DNA of 63,945 nucleotides, the filler included, from Octopus bimaculoides (taxonomy: Eukaryota), in the NCBI RefSeq assembly GCF_001194135.2. It is 5 parts of 5 records of this genome, joined end to end, with 100 filler letters (N's around TTAATTAATTAA, not from the genome) between each part and the next. Parts side by side here need not be neighbours in the genome. Positions count along the whole stretch, not along the records: positions 1 to 18,832 come from NC_069010.1; 4 more parts are not named here. One strand, written 5' to 3'. Below, in pieces: positions 1 to 10,297 of the stretch (positions within the stretch are counted from its first letter, which is position 1; the number at the start of each line of letters is the position of its first letter). The position numbers and the translations under genes were made by a program. The notes below the pieces were generated by a model. It searched no databases. It saw only the letters and a list, made by a program, of their open reading frames with translations, and was not told where the DNA came from.

Positions 1-948
1 CTCCCCCCTCCGAATGCACCAACTCAATCTTCACGGGTTTCGACCTCGACCTGGACTTTGACTTGGATTTCGGCTTTGGTTGTGCAACGTCAGACTGCAT
101 GCCACCTGCATGTGTTGCTGGACCCGAATGCGCTGGTTCAGAACGCGTCGGATCAGACTGTGATGTGTGACTAGTGGTTTGAGAATGGCTTTCTTCCGGC
201 CGCACCTCGGTAGAATTGACTTCAGCCGGTGACTGGGGTTGAGGCATTGCCATCCGCACTTCTGGTGCAGCGACATCGGATGCATGACGGGCATTTGCAA
301 GTGTTGGTTCGACCACGCCTTCTATGTGCAACAATGTCGCTGCTTCTGATGCTGTCACCACTTCTGCTTGTTCGTTCAAATGTATCGGAAGTACTCTAGC
401 AGGTACGGCTTCCGAAACTGCTGCTGTGGAGGTATGTGTCACCTCGATTGCACGTGGGGCCATCATCTCTGGCCCGGCGAGCTTCTGCCGTATCTCTTCT
501 GCAGGTACCAGGACGGACTTAGAATGCACCGGTGCCAGCGTCTCCTGCGCCTGTTGCTCCTCGTCGTGTGCAAACATCTCACCAGGAAGCTGTTCGACGC
601 TTCTCTGACTCTCATCCTCCGTGCTTATCTGCGACGCGTACAACACATGCGAGTTGATATTGCTGTGCGCGTCGAGGTCGGCAGACCAGCGCTGAGGGTT
701 ACTGGTGGTGGTTGTGTTTGTTGTGGTGGAGGTGGCCGTGGCTGTCATTTGGCCGACCGTCGGAGAGGATGCTGAGATGGGCAGTGCCATCTTCGGTTGC
801 GCTTTCTGTGTTGTCTCTGGAAGTTTCTGACTGCTGAGGAGCATCACGTTTCCCGGAGTCTGCTGCTGCTGGAGGAGGAGTTTGTTTTCACTGTCCTTCT
901 TTGTCAGTTTGCCCAACAGCTTCTTCTTCTCTTTTTTGCCTTTCGTTG
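1..948 (-). CDS. TBC1D10: TBC1D10-family gene, long 3' coding exon (Lys-rich start, then S/T/P/E-rich low-complexity tail); runs off the window start
   Basis: Acceptor TTTAG| at 950-949 after a long pyrimidine tract. 2 nt plus 315 codons with no stop down to base 1 (TKGKKEKKKLLGKLTKKDSENKLLLQQQQ...QPKPKSKSKSRSRSKPVKIELVHSEGG). Absent from the ORF track because no stop lies in the window. Assignment to TBC1D10 rests on strand, position and phase compatibility, not on homology. Confidence 0.7.
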
Positions 949-959
949 CTAAACGGTGG

Positions 960-1490
960 GGGAGGGAAAAGAAACGACGAAGAGAGACAGAAGGAAGTGC
1001 AGAAGAGGAAAGAGAGGAGAAGTGAGAGAGAAGGTGGGGTATATAAAGGCAGAGAGGGAGTGCGAGAAAGAGATGGAGAGACAGATAAAAAAAGGAAGAG
1101 AAAGAGAGGGAAGAATAAGAGTAGAGAGGGGGAGAGAAGAAAAATGAGAGAGAGTGGGGGTATATAAAGACAGTGAGGGAGAGTAAGAGAGAGTGAAATA
1201 GTAAAAGAGGAGGAGGAAGAGATAAAGAAAGAGAGAGAGAGAGTAAAAGGTGTATAAAGACAAAGAGAGAGTGAGAAAGAAAGATAAAAGGGGGAGAAGA
1301 GAGAGAGAGAGAGTGGCGGGAAAAAAGAATAGAGAAAGAGGAGGAAATGATAAGGAGAGAGAAGGAAAAGACAAAAAGGGAAGAGTAAATGAGAGGGAGA
1401 GGAGAAGAGATTGAGTAATAGGCAGAGAGATACAGAAGGCCACAAGAGAGGGGGGGGGCAAGAAAAAAGAGAGAGAGAGAGAAATAAAAA
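960..1490. repeat. ~530 bp polypurine (GA-rich) low-complexity tract
   Basis: Almost exclusively A/G on the + strand, with recurring GGGGTATATAAAG-like units near 1035, 1155 and 1250. Confidence 0.9.
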
Positions 1491-2269
1491 AAGTAAGATT
1501 AAAAATTTTATATATAAATTTAACGAATATTTAAACAGGAAAAAGAATCACAATAATTACAAATTTTTTAATCATTTTTTTTCTTTTTCTTTCAAATTTC
1601 AAAGAATATTCGTCCCCGATTTAGGTACGAGACCAGCCATTTTTAGAGGGGGGGGGATTAGTTGATACATAGAGACCCCAGTATTTGAATGGTACTCTAT
1701 TTCGTCGCCCCCACCCCAGAAGGTAAAGTTGATTGGGTGTCATTTGAAGTCAGTGGTGGGTAAAACAGCTGATGCAAAATACTACAGGGCATTTTTGCTA
1801 CCCCCATGGGCCCCGATGGAGATATAAGGCCAGTAAATTTTTAGAGAAGGGGGTGGGGGGAAGACAATTCAACTGACTGAAGTACTCAATTGGTACTTTA
1901 TTGACCTAGAAGGGTGAAAAGCAACGTTGACCTCAGCAAGATTCGAACTCAGAATACAAAGATTCAGAAGAAATAATACTACAAGGCATTTTATCCAAGG
2001 AACTAATCAATCTGCCAGGCCACCTGTATTTATTGGTTTCCAATTTTGGCAGAAAACCAGAAACTTTGCAGAGTAAGGGTAGAAAACAGCCTTGTTAGGA
2101 ACAGTAAGGATTCTAAGAAAGGGGTTAGAAAATCGAAGGAGAAAGAATGACCGAAAGGACCTTTTGGCCATTTGATATGGCTTGCTCTTTTGGTAGATTC
2201 GTTGGTATAACAGAGCAAAAGCATCTATGAAAATAATAACAGCAACAATCTCAAATTTGGGCTCAAGGA

Positions 2270-2487
2270 CAGCAATATTGAGGGGAGGGGCTAAGTCGAT
2301 TTCCTTGCCTCTAGTACATGACTGATATTTTAATGAGTCCAAAAGGATGAAAGACAAGGTTGACTTTGGTGGGATTTGAACCCAGAACATAAAGAGCTGG
2401 AAAAAAATGTACTTAAGTATTTTGTCCGATGCGGTAACCATTCTGCCAGCTCACCACTTTAATAATAATAACAATAATAATAACAAC

Positions 2488-2527
<40 letters not shown>

Positions 2528-2700
2528 GTTTTAAGTTTTGCCACAAGGCCAGCAATTTGGGGGCAGGGAGTAAGTTGATTACATTGACCCCAGGGTTCAA
2601 CTGGTATTTATTTTATCGATCCCGAAAAGAGTAAAGGCGTAGTCGACCTCGGTGGAATTTGAACTCAGAACGTAACGACAGATAAAATACCACTAAGCAT
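2270..2700 (-). mobile_element. two SINE family-B copies (tRNA-like head) separated by an (AAT)n tract
   Basis: Reverse complement of the recurring ...GAGTTCAAATTCCGCCGAGGTCGACTTTGCCTTTCATCC...GATAAAATAAGTACCAG motif seen more than 10 times in the window; boundaries approximate. Confidence 0.75.
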
Positions 2701-2789
2701 TATTATTATTATTATTATTGTTCTTAACATGGTACGCTAGCTGAATCATTAGTATGCTTAGCAGTATGCCTTTCATCTTCTCGGGGGTC

Positions 2790-3037
2790 AAAAGATTGTC
2801 CGTTATGTAAGCCTCCTCGAGGAATGTGAAGATGCAGACTGGAAAGTGGAGCATTTTCCAATCGAAGTCGGATGTAGAGGACTCGTAGGACACAATGTGA
2901 GGCAACTGTTGTTATCCTTAGGCCTAATTTATCGTAAAGTAAATACCACCATGACCGATGTCCAAACTACAGTGGAGAAGGCTAGCCACTGGATTTGGTT
3001 AAAAAGAGACAATGAGCGATGGCTAGAAGAATATTGA
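2790..3037 (+). mobile_element. 3' fragment of a HERO/R2-group non-LTR retrotransposon (restriction-like endonuclease domain C-terminus)
   Basis: Translates as QKIVRYVSLLEECEDADWKVEHFPIEVGCRGLVGHNVRQLLLSLGL...VEKASHWIWLKRD. The KY..L..EC...W....PIEVGCRG and A..W.W.KR pattern is typical of HERO-type RLE ORF ends (recalled, not searched). Confidence 0.75.
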
Positions 3038-3049
3038 GCTTTCTTTTTA

Positions 3050-3377
3050 ATAACCAGCCAGTACCGCCTGACTTGGCCTTCGTAGGATTTTCGAGCAAGA
3101 TCGTTGCCAGTGCCCCTGGACTGGCTCTTGTTCGGGTGGCACATAAAATACACCATTTCGAGCGTGGCCGTTGCCAGTACCGCCTGACTGGCCTTCGTGC
3201 GGGTGACACGTAAAAGCACCCACTACACTCTCTGAGTGGTTGGCATTAGGAAGGGCATCCAGCTGTAGAAACTCTGCCAAATTAGATTGGAGCCTGGTGT
3301 AGCCATCTGGTTTCACCCGTCCTCAGTCAAATCGTCCAACCCATGCTAGCATGGAAGGCGGACGTTAAACGATGATG
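3050..3377. mobile_element. SINE-like family A copy (GGCATTAGGAAGGGCATCCAGCTGTAGAAAC core, (GAT)n end)
   Basis: Same core at 8750-8840, 9507-9622, 12245-12440, 16620-16775, 33270-33410, 51720-51870, 55525-55670 and 56510-56790. Confidence 0.8.
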
Positions 3378-3838
3378 NNNNNNNNNNNNNNNNNNNNNNN
3401 NNNNNNNNNNNNNNNNNNNNNNNNNNNNNNNNNNNNNNNNNNNNNNNNNNNNNNNNNNNNNNNNNNNNNNNNNNNNNNNNNNNNNNNNNNNNNNNNNNNN
3501 NNNNNNNNNNNNNNNNNNNNNNNNNNNNNNNNNNNNNNNNNNNNNNNNNNNNNNNNNNNNNNNNNNNCACTCAGGTTTACGGCATCAACTAAATCTTCCC
3601 CTGAAAATTTGCGAGCCTTGTGCTAAATTTTAAAACCATTATTTTCACTAGCAGCACAATTTCTTACTTACAATTTGGCAAGATCAAAATGCAATTAAAT
3701 GAACCGAAAATTAAAAGACCAAGAATTTTTTTTACTAGTTTTGTAAAATTTTTGCTTTATTTTATGGAATATTTGATTTCGCTGTGTTTGATTTTTTTAA
3801 TTCAGAAAAGCATTAAGAAAAGTGGAAAAGGAATCAAA

Positions 3839-3869
<31 letters not shown>

Positions 3870-4510
3870 CTTATCTCATTATTATTCAAAATTTTAATTT
3901 CTTCTTTCGTTTTCCAATGGGGTGGATGGATGGATGGATGGGTAGGAGGGTGTTCATAACGCTTATGTTGTTGTTGTTGTTGTAGTCCCTTTTGCTTTCC
4001 ACTGTTGTTGTTGTTGTTGCCAATTGGATATTTTCTTTCTCAATAGTGGGCGGACAGGTTGGGGGGACGAGAAGTATGGTGGGACAGGGAGAGAAACTGT
4101 GAGGAGGGGAGGGCGAATGGGAAAAGGAATTTTAATTTAAGATGAAGACATGTTTTTGCAACAACAAAAAAAAAATCAAAACAAAAATAATAGACAAATG
4201 AATAGAAATGAAATAAAAAAATATACAAAAAACATGTATTTACACGTGTGTGTGTGTGTATGTGTATATATATATATCATCATCATCGTCATCATCATAG
4301 TTTAATGTCCTTCTTCCATGCTGGCATGGGTGTTAACTGCACAATCATGCATGCACACATACAAACACATATACAAATGCATGCACACACACATATATAC
4401 ATACATACACCCACATGTATATAGAGATATATAGATATGTACATATATATATATATATATACACGCTGACCAAAACATTCAATTTTTTTTCTCCGTGCTT
4501 TTCTCCATAT

Positions 4511-4547
4511 TCTTTCTGTTGAAGAGCATAGCTCGAAACATTAAAGA
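4511..4547 (+). ncRNA. degenerate minimal hammerhead-ribozyme-like motif (probably inactive)
   Basis: TCTTT-CTGTTGA-A-GAGC-ATA-GCTC-GAAA-CATT-AAAGA: stem I 5 bp and stem II 4 bp, but the core has A6->U and the AACGTT palindrome is broken. Confidence 0.5.
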
Positions 4548-4636
4548 CTTTCTGTATTCCAGAGCGTTAAACTAATACATCCTTTTGTTGTCTACACCAC
4601 CTGTCCTCGTCTGTTGTTTTTTTCGTAAATTCTCCC

Positions 4637-4670
<34 letters not shown>

Positions 4671-4684
4671 CTGTATATGCATAC

Positions 4685-4950
4685 ATGAAGGTTCGTGGCC
4701 TAGTGGTAAGGCTGTTGCACCCATGATTGTAAGATCGTGGTTTCAATTCCTGGACCGGGCGACGCGTTGTGTTCTTGAGCAAAACACTTCATTTCAAGAT
4801 GCTCCAGTAACCCCTTTCAATCAGGGGATAGTGTTGGCCTGCTTGCCTAGCCAGCAGGGTGGCGTCATTTGAAGACTAAAACAATGCAAAAAAAAGTGCA
4901 TTGTGACCAGCAATGTGTAACAGTATCTGATAGCCTGGTCAGCCACGTGA
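4685..4950 (+). mobile_element. tRNA-derived SINE (family C-like)
   Basis: A-box-like TGGCCTAGTGG and B-box-like GGTTTCAATTCC, followed by GTGTTCTTGAGCAAAACAC; related heads at about 12055, 26985, 30367, 32785 and 51907. Confidence 0.7.
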
Positions 4951-5250
4951 TTATGTGGTATGTGCATACCAATGCATGAGTGTGTGTGTGTATGTGTGTG
5001 TGTGTGTAAGCAATATCATCCAATGATAAATTAAAAGTTTAAAGCAACAGTAATGGAAAACACATTTAAAAATTAACTGTAGAAGCTAATTAAAATCAGA
5101 AAGCAATTAATTAAAAATATGTCTGAAAAAAAAAAACGAAAAAAAAATTATTGTTTTCATGAAAGCCCATCGGGAAATAAAAAGAGCGAAGGGAGATGAG
5201 GTGAGAGAAGGAGGGAATGCAAGATGATGGGGTGGGGGAGTGGAGGAAAG

Positions 5251-5379
5251 TTACAAAGTAGGTTTGTCCTTCTTGCCTGAGGCTTCTTTCAGTGCTTTCT
5301 CGCGGAGGTTTCGTCGTTTCGTAATCTGTCGCTGGTGTTCTTTCTCCATATCTTTCTCGTCGATATTGAGCTTGAGAGA
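5251..5379 (-). CDS. TBC1D10: TBC1D10 exon just after the TBC domain; ends at a GC donor (5276-5275) or reads through to TAA 5253-5251
   Basis: Acceptor TTCTTTCACAG| at 5381-5380, phase 0. SLKLNIDEKDMEKEHQRQITKRRNLREKALKEASGKKDKPTL* aligns with the vertebrate VVELPVTERQIEREH segment (recalled). Confidence 0.85.
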   Translation of the reverse strand, partial: SLKLNIDEKDMEKEHQRQITKRRNLREKALKEASGKKDKPTL

Positions 5380-5730
5380 CTGTGAAAGAAGGAGAGAGAG
5401 AAAGAGAAAGACGGAGAATTTGACAAATTAAAGTGAAATGAAATGAAAATGAAACAAACATCAGAGATGCTTTGCCCCATACAGAAACAGCAGGGGCTTT
5501 TTACAAGCTCTTCTAATTCCACTGCAATGTTGGAAACCTTCCCCTATCATCAGCAGGTATCTCAAGGTCACAACATCTTGACCCTTAGCCTGGATGCTTC
5601 TTTAAAGGTACATATGTACACACACACACACACATATACGGTCAGGGCTTAAAATTTGGAACATTTTTTTTCCAAAAATTAAAATTGTTATGCCCAAGTA
5701 GAATTCGATATAAATAACTAGAGTGTAGAG

Positions 5731-5819
5731 GTACAATGATGGACACTCAGAAAGTTTGCCTGGCGTGCCAAGGATCAACTTGAATAATATCAGGGCTATC
5801 CGAAGTACCACTTTCACAC
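5731..5819 (-). pseudogene. TBC1D10: truncated duplicate of a TBC1D10 exon (GVKVVLRIALILFKLILGTPGKLSECPSLY)
   Basis: Good acceptor TTTTGCAG| at 5821-5820 and correct phase 1, but homology stops at CPSLY with no strong donor. The upstream intron (5855-6019) is duplicated at 6622-6780. Confidence 0.65.
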
Positions 5820-6019
5820 CTGCAAAATGTACGAAGGACATTTTTAACTGATGCTCCATCAAACCATCTACTTTTATTCTTGCCGCCCGTTTCGTTGAAT
5901 GTTGTGCTCTCTTGATGCCACTTACTTAACTCCCGTTTCACTAATAATCTTGTCATCACGCACACCACTTCTCTTCCCATCACCTACATACCACTCCCTC
6001 TCCCCACTCACACACCATC

Positions 6020-6250
6020 AAGTGTTCCAGTTGATTCCTGAAATTGATGTGCAAGCGGCTGAACACTCCACAGACACGTGTGCCCATAACGTACTTCTCA
6101 GGGAGATTCAGGATGACACAGAACATGACAAGGCTGGCTCTTTTGAATTACATTGTTGCCAGCTGAGTGGACTGGAGTATTGTGAAATAAAGTGTCTTGC
6201 TCAAGAACACAATGCATCACCGGTAACTGAGCTCACAACTTTATGATCTT
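6020..6250 (+). mobile_element. SINE-like family D copy
   Basis: Shares GCAAGTGGCTGAGCACTCCACAGAC...GACAAGGCTGG...GCCAGCTGAGTGG...GTGTCTTGCTCA with 13960-14280. Confidence 0.75.
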
Positions 6251-7083
6251 AAGCCAAATAAGCTACTAAACAAATAACAACAGATGGATTGTGGTTCACT
6301 ACAGCCGTTTCAGACATATTTTATTGATGAACAGAAAAGTAGAAGATAAAAGATATATATATATAGAGATAGAGAGAGAGAGAGAGAGATAANNNNNNNN
6401 NNNNNNNNNNNNNNNNNNNNNNNNNNNNNNNNNNNNNNNNNNNNNNNNNNNNNNNNNNNNNNNNNNNNNNNNNNNNNNNNNNNNNNNNNNNNNNNNNNNN
6501 NNNNNNNNNNNNNNNNNNNNNNNNNNNNNNNNNNNNNNNNNNNNNNNNNNNNNNNNNNNNNNNNNNNNNNNNNNNNNNNNNNNNNNNNNNNNNNNNNNNN
6601 NNNNNNNNNNNNNNNNNNNNNTCCATCAAACCACCTAATTTTATTCTTGCCACCTGTTTCGTTGAATGTTATTCTCTTGCTGCCACTTACTTAACTCCCG
6701 TTTCACTAATAATCTTGTCATCACGCACACCACTTCTCTTCCCATCACCTACATGCCACTCCCCCCACTCACACATCATCCACCTCACCCTACACATGCT
6801 ACCCATTTTACTGCCCCCCCCCACACACACACACAACCACCAGTTCTGATATTAGACATGCTGCCAGCTGTCAGTCTCTCTCTTTGTCTGTCTGTCTGTC
6901 TGTGTCTCTCCCGTCTGTCTGTCAGTCCCTCTCTCTGTCTATCTCTTTGTCGCTCTCTCTCTCTCTCTCTCTGTTTGTGTGTCTGTCAGAAAGAGAGAGA
7001 GAGAGAAATTATGCAGTTCATTGTGTTTTTCCAGGAGACATATGGTGTAGCATAACAAGCAAATAGGTTGTGGGATTACTGAC

Positions 7084-7198
7084 CTTCACAGAAAAACATG
7101 TCCCACACACGTAGAACAGCTGTCCAAGGCAATGTCCGACTGAATATACACATGAACCATTCTGTCATATATAATATTGGTTCAATTCTTTGTTTTTT
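7084..7198 (-). CDS. TBC1D10: TBC1D10 exon, TBC domain ([38 protein letters not shown])
   Basis: AG at 7200-7199, GTCAGT donor at 7083; 115 nt, phase 0->1; hallmark [24 protein letters not shown] of TBC1D10. Confidence 0.97.
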
Positions 7199-7829
7199 CT
7201 GAAATTAAATGGAAGGCAAAAGACAAACCTGTAAAGATACATTTTATATCCTGGATAAATAGTTTAATGAAGCAGGGGGAAAGAGAGCATTCACACGATG
7301 CCCTACGATTACTGTTACACGAGGTTAAACACTCTCTGCCAATGGTTCACAGTGAACTGCTAACCATCAATTGCTCCATGCATTATCTTGTAGCTTTGAG
7401 ATTTCAATGATGTGATTGTTTGTTTTTAGAATGACATTGTAGGGTAAGTGTGAGAGTTTGGATATGACCAGTTTGAACGTAAAATGGGAAGAATATCATG
7501 GCCAGATGTGCTCGGTTTAAGATGCTAAAAGGAGAAATAATTTGAATCATGATGCACCTCAATTGTCTCCCTTTAAGCAATGAACTTCGTGTTGCATCAA
7601 ATTTTTTTTTTTTTCTAAGGCTTAGTACACAAGTGAACAATCAGGTTCACACGAGCCTAGCTACAAGGAGAGTCAGTCTTTTTTAGGGATATTTTAGAAG
7701 GCACTTTCATCGTTTAACGTCCGCTTTCCATGCTAGCATGGGTTGGACAGCACTTTGTTTCTTATTTTTGTGTGTTTTTCGTTTTTTTTTTTTTTTTGGG
7801 GTAGGAATTCTATATATGGATTATGATAA

Positions 7830-8260
7830 TGCAGCGAGCTGGCAGAAACGTTAGCACACGGGGCGAAATGCTTTGCGGTATTTCGTCTGTCTTTACATTC
7901 TGAGTTTGGATTCTGCCGAGGTAGACTTTGCCTTTCATCCTTTCAGAGTCGATTAAATAAGTACCAGGTACACACTGGGGTCGATATAATCGACTTAATC
8001 CCTTTGTCTGTCCTTGTTTGTTCTCTTTATGTCTAGCCCCTTGTGGGCATTAAAGAAATAAGAAACGTTGGCACACCAGGTGAAATGCTTCGCGGTATTT
8101 CGGCAGTCTATACGTTCTGAGTTCGAATTCCGCCGAGGTCGTCTTTGCTTTACATCCTTTTAGGGTCGATAAATTAAGTACCAGTAGCGCACTGGGGTCG
8201 ATGTAATAGACCGGCCCCATTCCCCCAAAATTTCGGGCCTTGTGCCTAGAGTAGAAAAGT
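7830..8260 (+). mobile_element. head-to-tail dimer of SINE family B
   Basis: Two successive units, each with GAAACGTT(A/G)GCAC..., a GAGTTC(A/G)AATTCC-like B-box and CCTTTCATCC; junction CCCCTTGTGGGCATTAAAGAAATAAGAAACGTT near 8037-8070. Confidence 0.8.
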
Positions 8261-8562
8261 ATATACGGATTAAACAGAAGAGGCAAGAGACAGGCCCAAA
8301 CACAGTCACGCACCCCCAGGTGGCACAAACAATCTAAACCATGGTGTGTGTTACAGTGTTCCTGCATGAAACGGTTTTCTGAAATGATATACAAGCATGG
8401 CCACAGAGAACTGACTGAATCCAGTTGAATTTAAAAAAAGGAGAAGCACAGACCTGGTGAGAAAGACACATTACGTTATGTACCATGTTGAAAAGATGGA
8501 GATTGCATGAAAGGTGAAGGTAAAGAATGGGATGACAAAAAATGAATATGATTGATACTCAC

Positions 8563-8637
8563 CAAATGTTTATAAATTAAAGGGGAAGATTTTTTCAAAA
8601 GCCCAAACAGAACATCACCGTCGATATGTACTGCTTC
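8563..8637 (-). CDS. TBC1D10: TBC1D10 exon (EAVHIDGDVLFGLLKKSSPLIYKHL)
   Basis: TTGCAG acceptor at 8639-8638, GTGAGT donor at 8562; 75 nt, phase 0->0. Confidence 0.95.
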
Positions 8638-9973
8638 CTGCAATGATAGAAAAATAAATATGTATTTATGTATGTATGCATATATGTTGCCAGTACCGTG
8701 TGACTGGCCTTCGTGCTGGTGGCACGTAGAAGCATCCACTACACTCTCGGAGTGGTTGGCGTTAGGAAGGGCATCCAGCTGTAGAAACTCTGCCAAATCA
8801 GATTGGAGCCTGGTGTAGCCATCTGGTTCACCAGTCCTCANNNNNNNNNNNNNNNNNNNNNNNNNNNNNNNNNNNNNNNNNNNNNNNNNNNNNNNNNNNN
8901 NNNNNNNNNNNNNNNNNNNNNNNNNNNNNNNNNNNNNNNNNNNNNNNNNNNNNNNNNNNNNNNNNNNNNNNNNNNNNNNNNNNNNNNNNNNNNNNNNNNN
9001 NNNNNNNNNNNNNNNNNNNNNNNNNNNNNNNNNNNNNNNNNNNNNNNNNNNNNNNNNNNNNNNNNNNNNNNNNNNNNNNNNNNNNNNNNNNNNNNNNNNN
9101 NNNNNNNNNNNNNNNNNNNNNNNNNNNNNNNNNNNNNNNNNNNNNNNNNNNNNNNNNNNNNNNNNNNNNNNNNNNNNNNNNNNNNNNNNNNNNNNNNNNN
9201 NNNNNNNNNNNNNNNNNNNNNNNNNNNNNNNNNNNNNNNNNNNNNNNNNNNNNNNNNNNNNNNNNNNNNNNNNNNNNNNNNNNNNNNNNNNNNNNNNNNN
9301 NNNNNNNNNNNNNNNNNNNNNNNNNNNNNNNNNNNNNNNNNNNNNNNNNNNNNNNNNNNNNNNNNNNNNNNNNNNNNNNNNNNNNNNNNNNNNNNNNNNN
9401 NNNNNNNNNNNNNNNNNNNNNNNNNNNNNNNNNNNNNNNNNNNNNNNNNNNNNNNNNNNNNNNNNNNNNNNNNNNNNNNNATATATATATATATATATAT
9501 ATATATCGGAGTGGTTAGCGTTAGGAAGGGCATCCAGCTGTAGAAACTCAGCCAAATCAGATTGGAGCCTGGTGTAGCCATCTGGTTTCACCAATCCTCA
9601 GTCAAATCGTCCAACCCATGCTAGAGAGGTAGCTTTGTGCCAAGTAATGGGCGGTTAAACTGTGATAGAGGGACAGAAGCAGGTGTCTTGCTGTATAGGA
9701 GATACATGGTTACAGAGAGAGAGAGAGAGGTAGTGGTGGTGAAAAATGTACCAGGGCTTACCCAAAGGTATACGAAGTTGAATACAAGCAGAGTTGCACA
9801 GAGGACTGAGAAGGGTGAGTGAGTAGGGAGTTCAGGAGGGTGTAGAAGAGAGCTGGGGAAGGGGAAAGCAGTGAATGGTGAAAACAGGTACACAGAAGAG
9901 CGATACACACAGACACACACACTGGGTGTTACCAAAACCATGCTACATTATCGAAAACGTCAGTTCTACTCAC

Positions 9974-10154
9974 CAATCCAAGACTGTAATAACCAGGCAA
10001 ATATTTCTCACATATAGATACCAGGCACCAAAAGGCTTGCTCAGCTGGCATGTGCATCAGTAACACGGCTGCGATGGGGCCCTGGGCTTGGCAGTAACCT
10101 TCTTGGGGGTTGTGTATTGTGTATGCTTTCAATATTCGAAATAGATCTTCCTGC
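9974..10154 (-). CDS. TBC1D10: TBC1D10 exon carrying the catalytic Gln-finger region ([60 protein letters not shown])
   Basis: TTACAG acceptor at 10156-10155, GTGAGT donor at 9973; 181 nt, phase 2->0; [25 protein letters not shown] is diagnostic of TBC1D10A/B. Confidence 0.98.
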
Positions 10155-10297
10155 CTGTAACAAAACAAATGGGACAGGTGTAAAACTCGAATGGCTCTCC
10201 AGCTTACCAGTTCCAGTCAAACCGTTAAATTCATTTCGGCATGGAAAGCAAATGCTAAACGAAAATGGTGATGATTACATATATATACATGTATACA

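Noticed and set aside
888-1461. Hydrophobic Leu/Phe/Ser-rich ORFs resembling membrane proteins
   Set aside because: Artefact of the CT-rich strand of the polypurine tract; likewise 62271-63602.
5253-5255. GTAACT as the donor joining the 5379 exon to the 948 exon
   Set aside because: It gives phase 2, which is incompatible with the phase-1 entry required at 948 unless an unseen exon intervenes.
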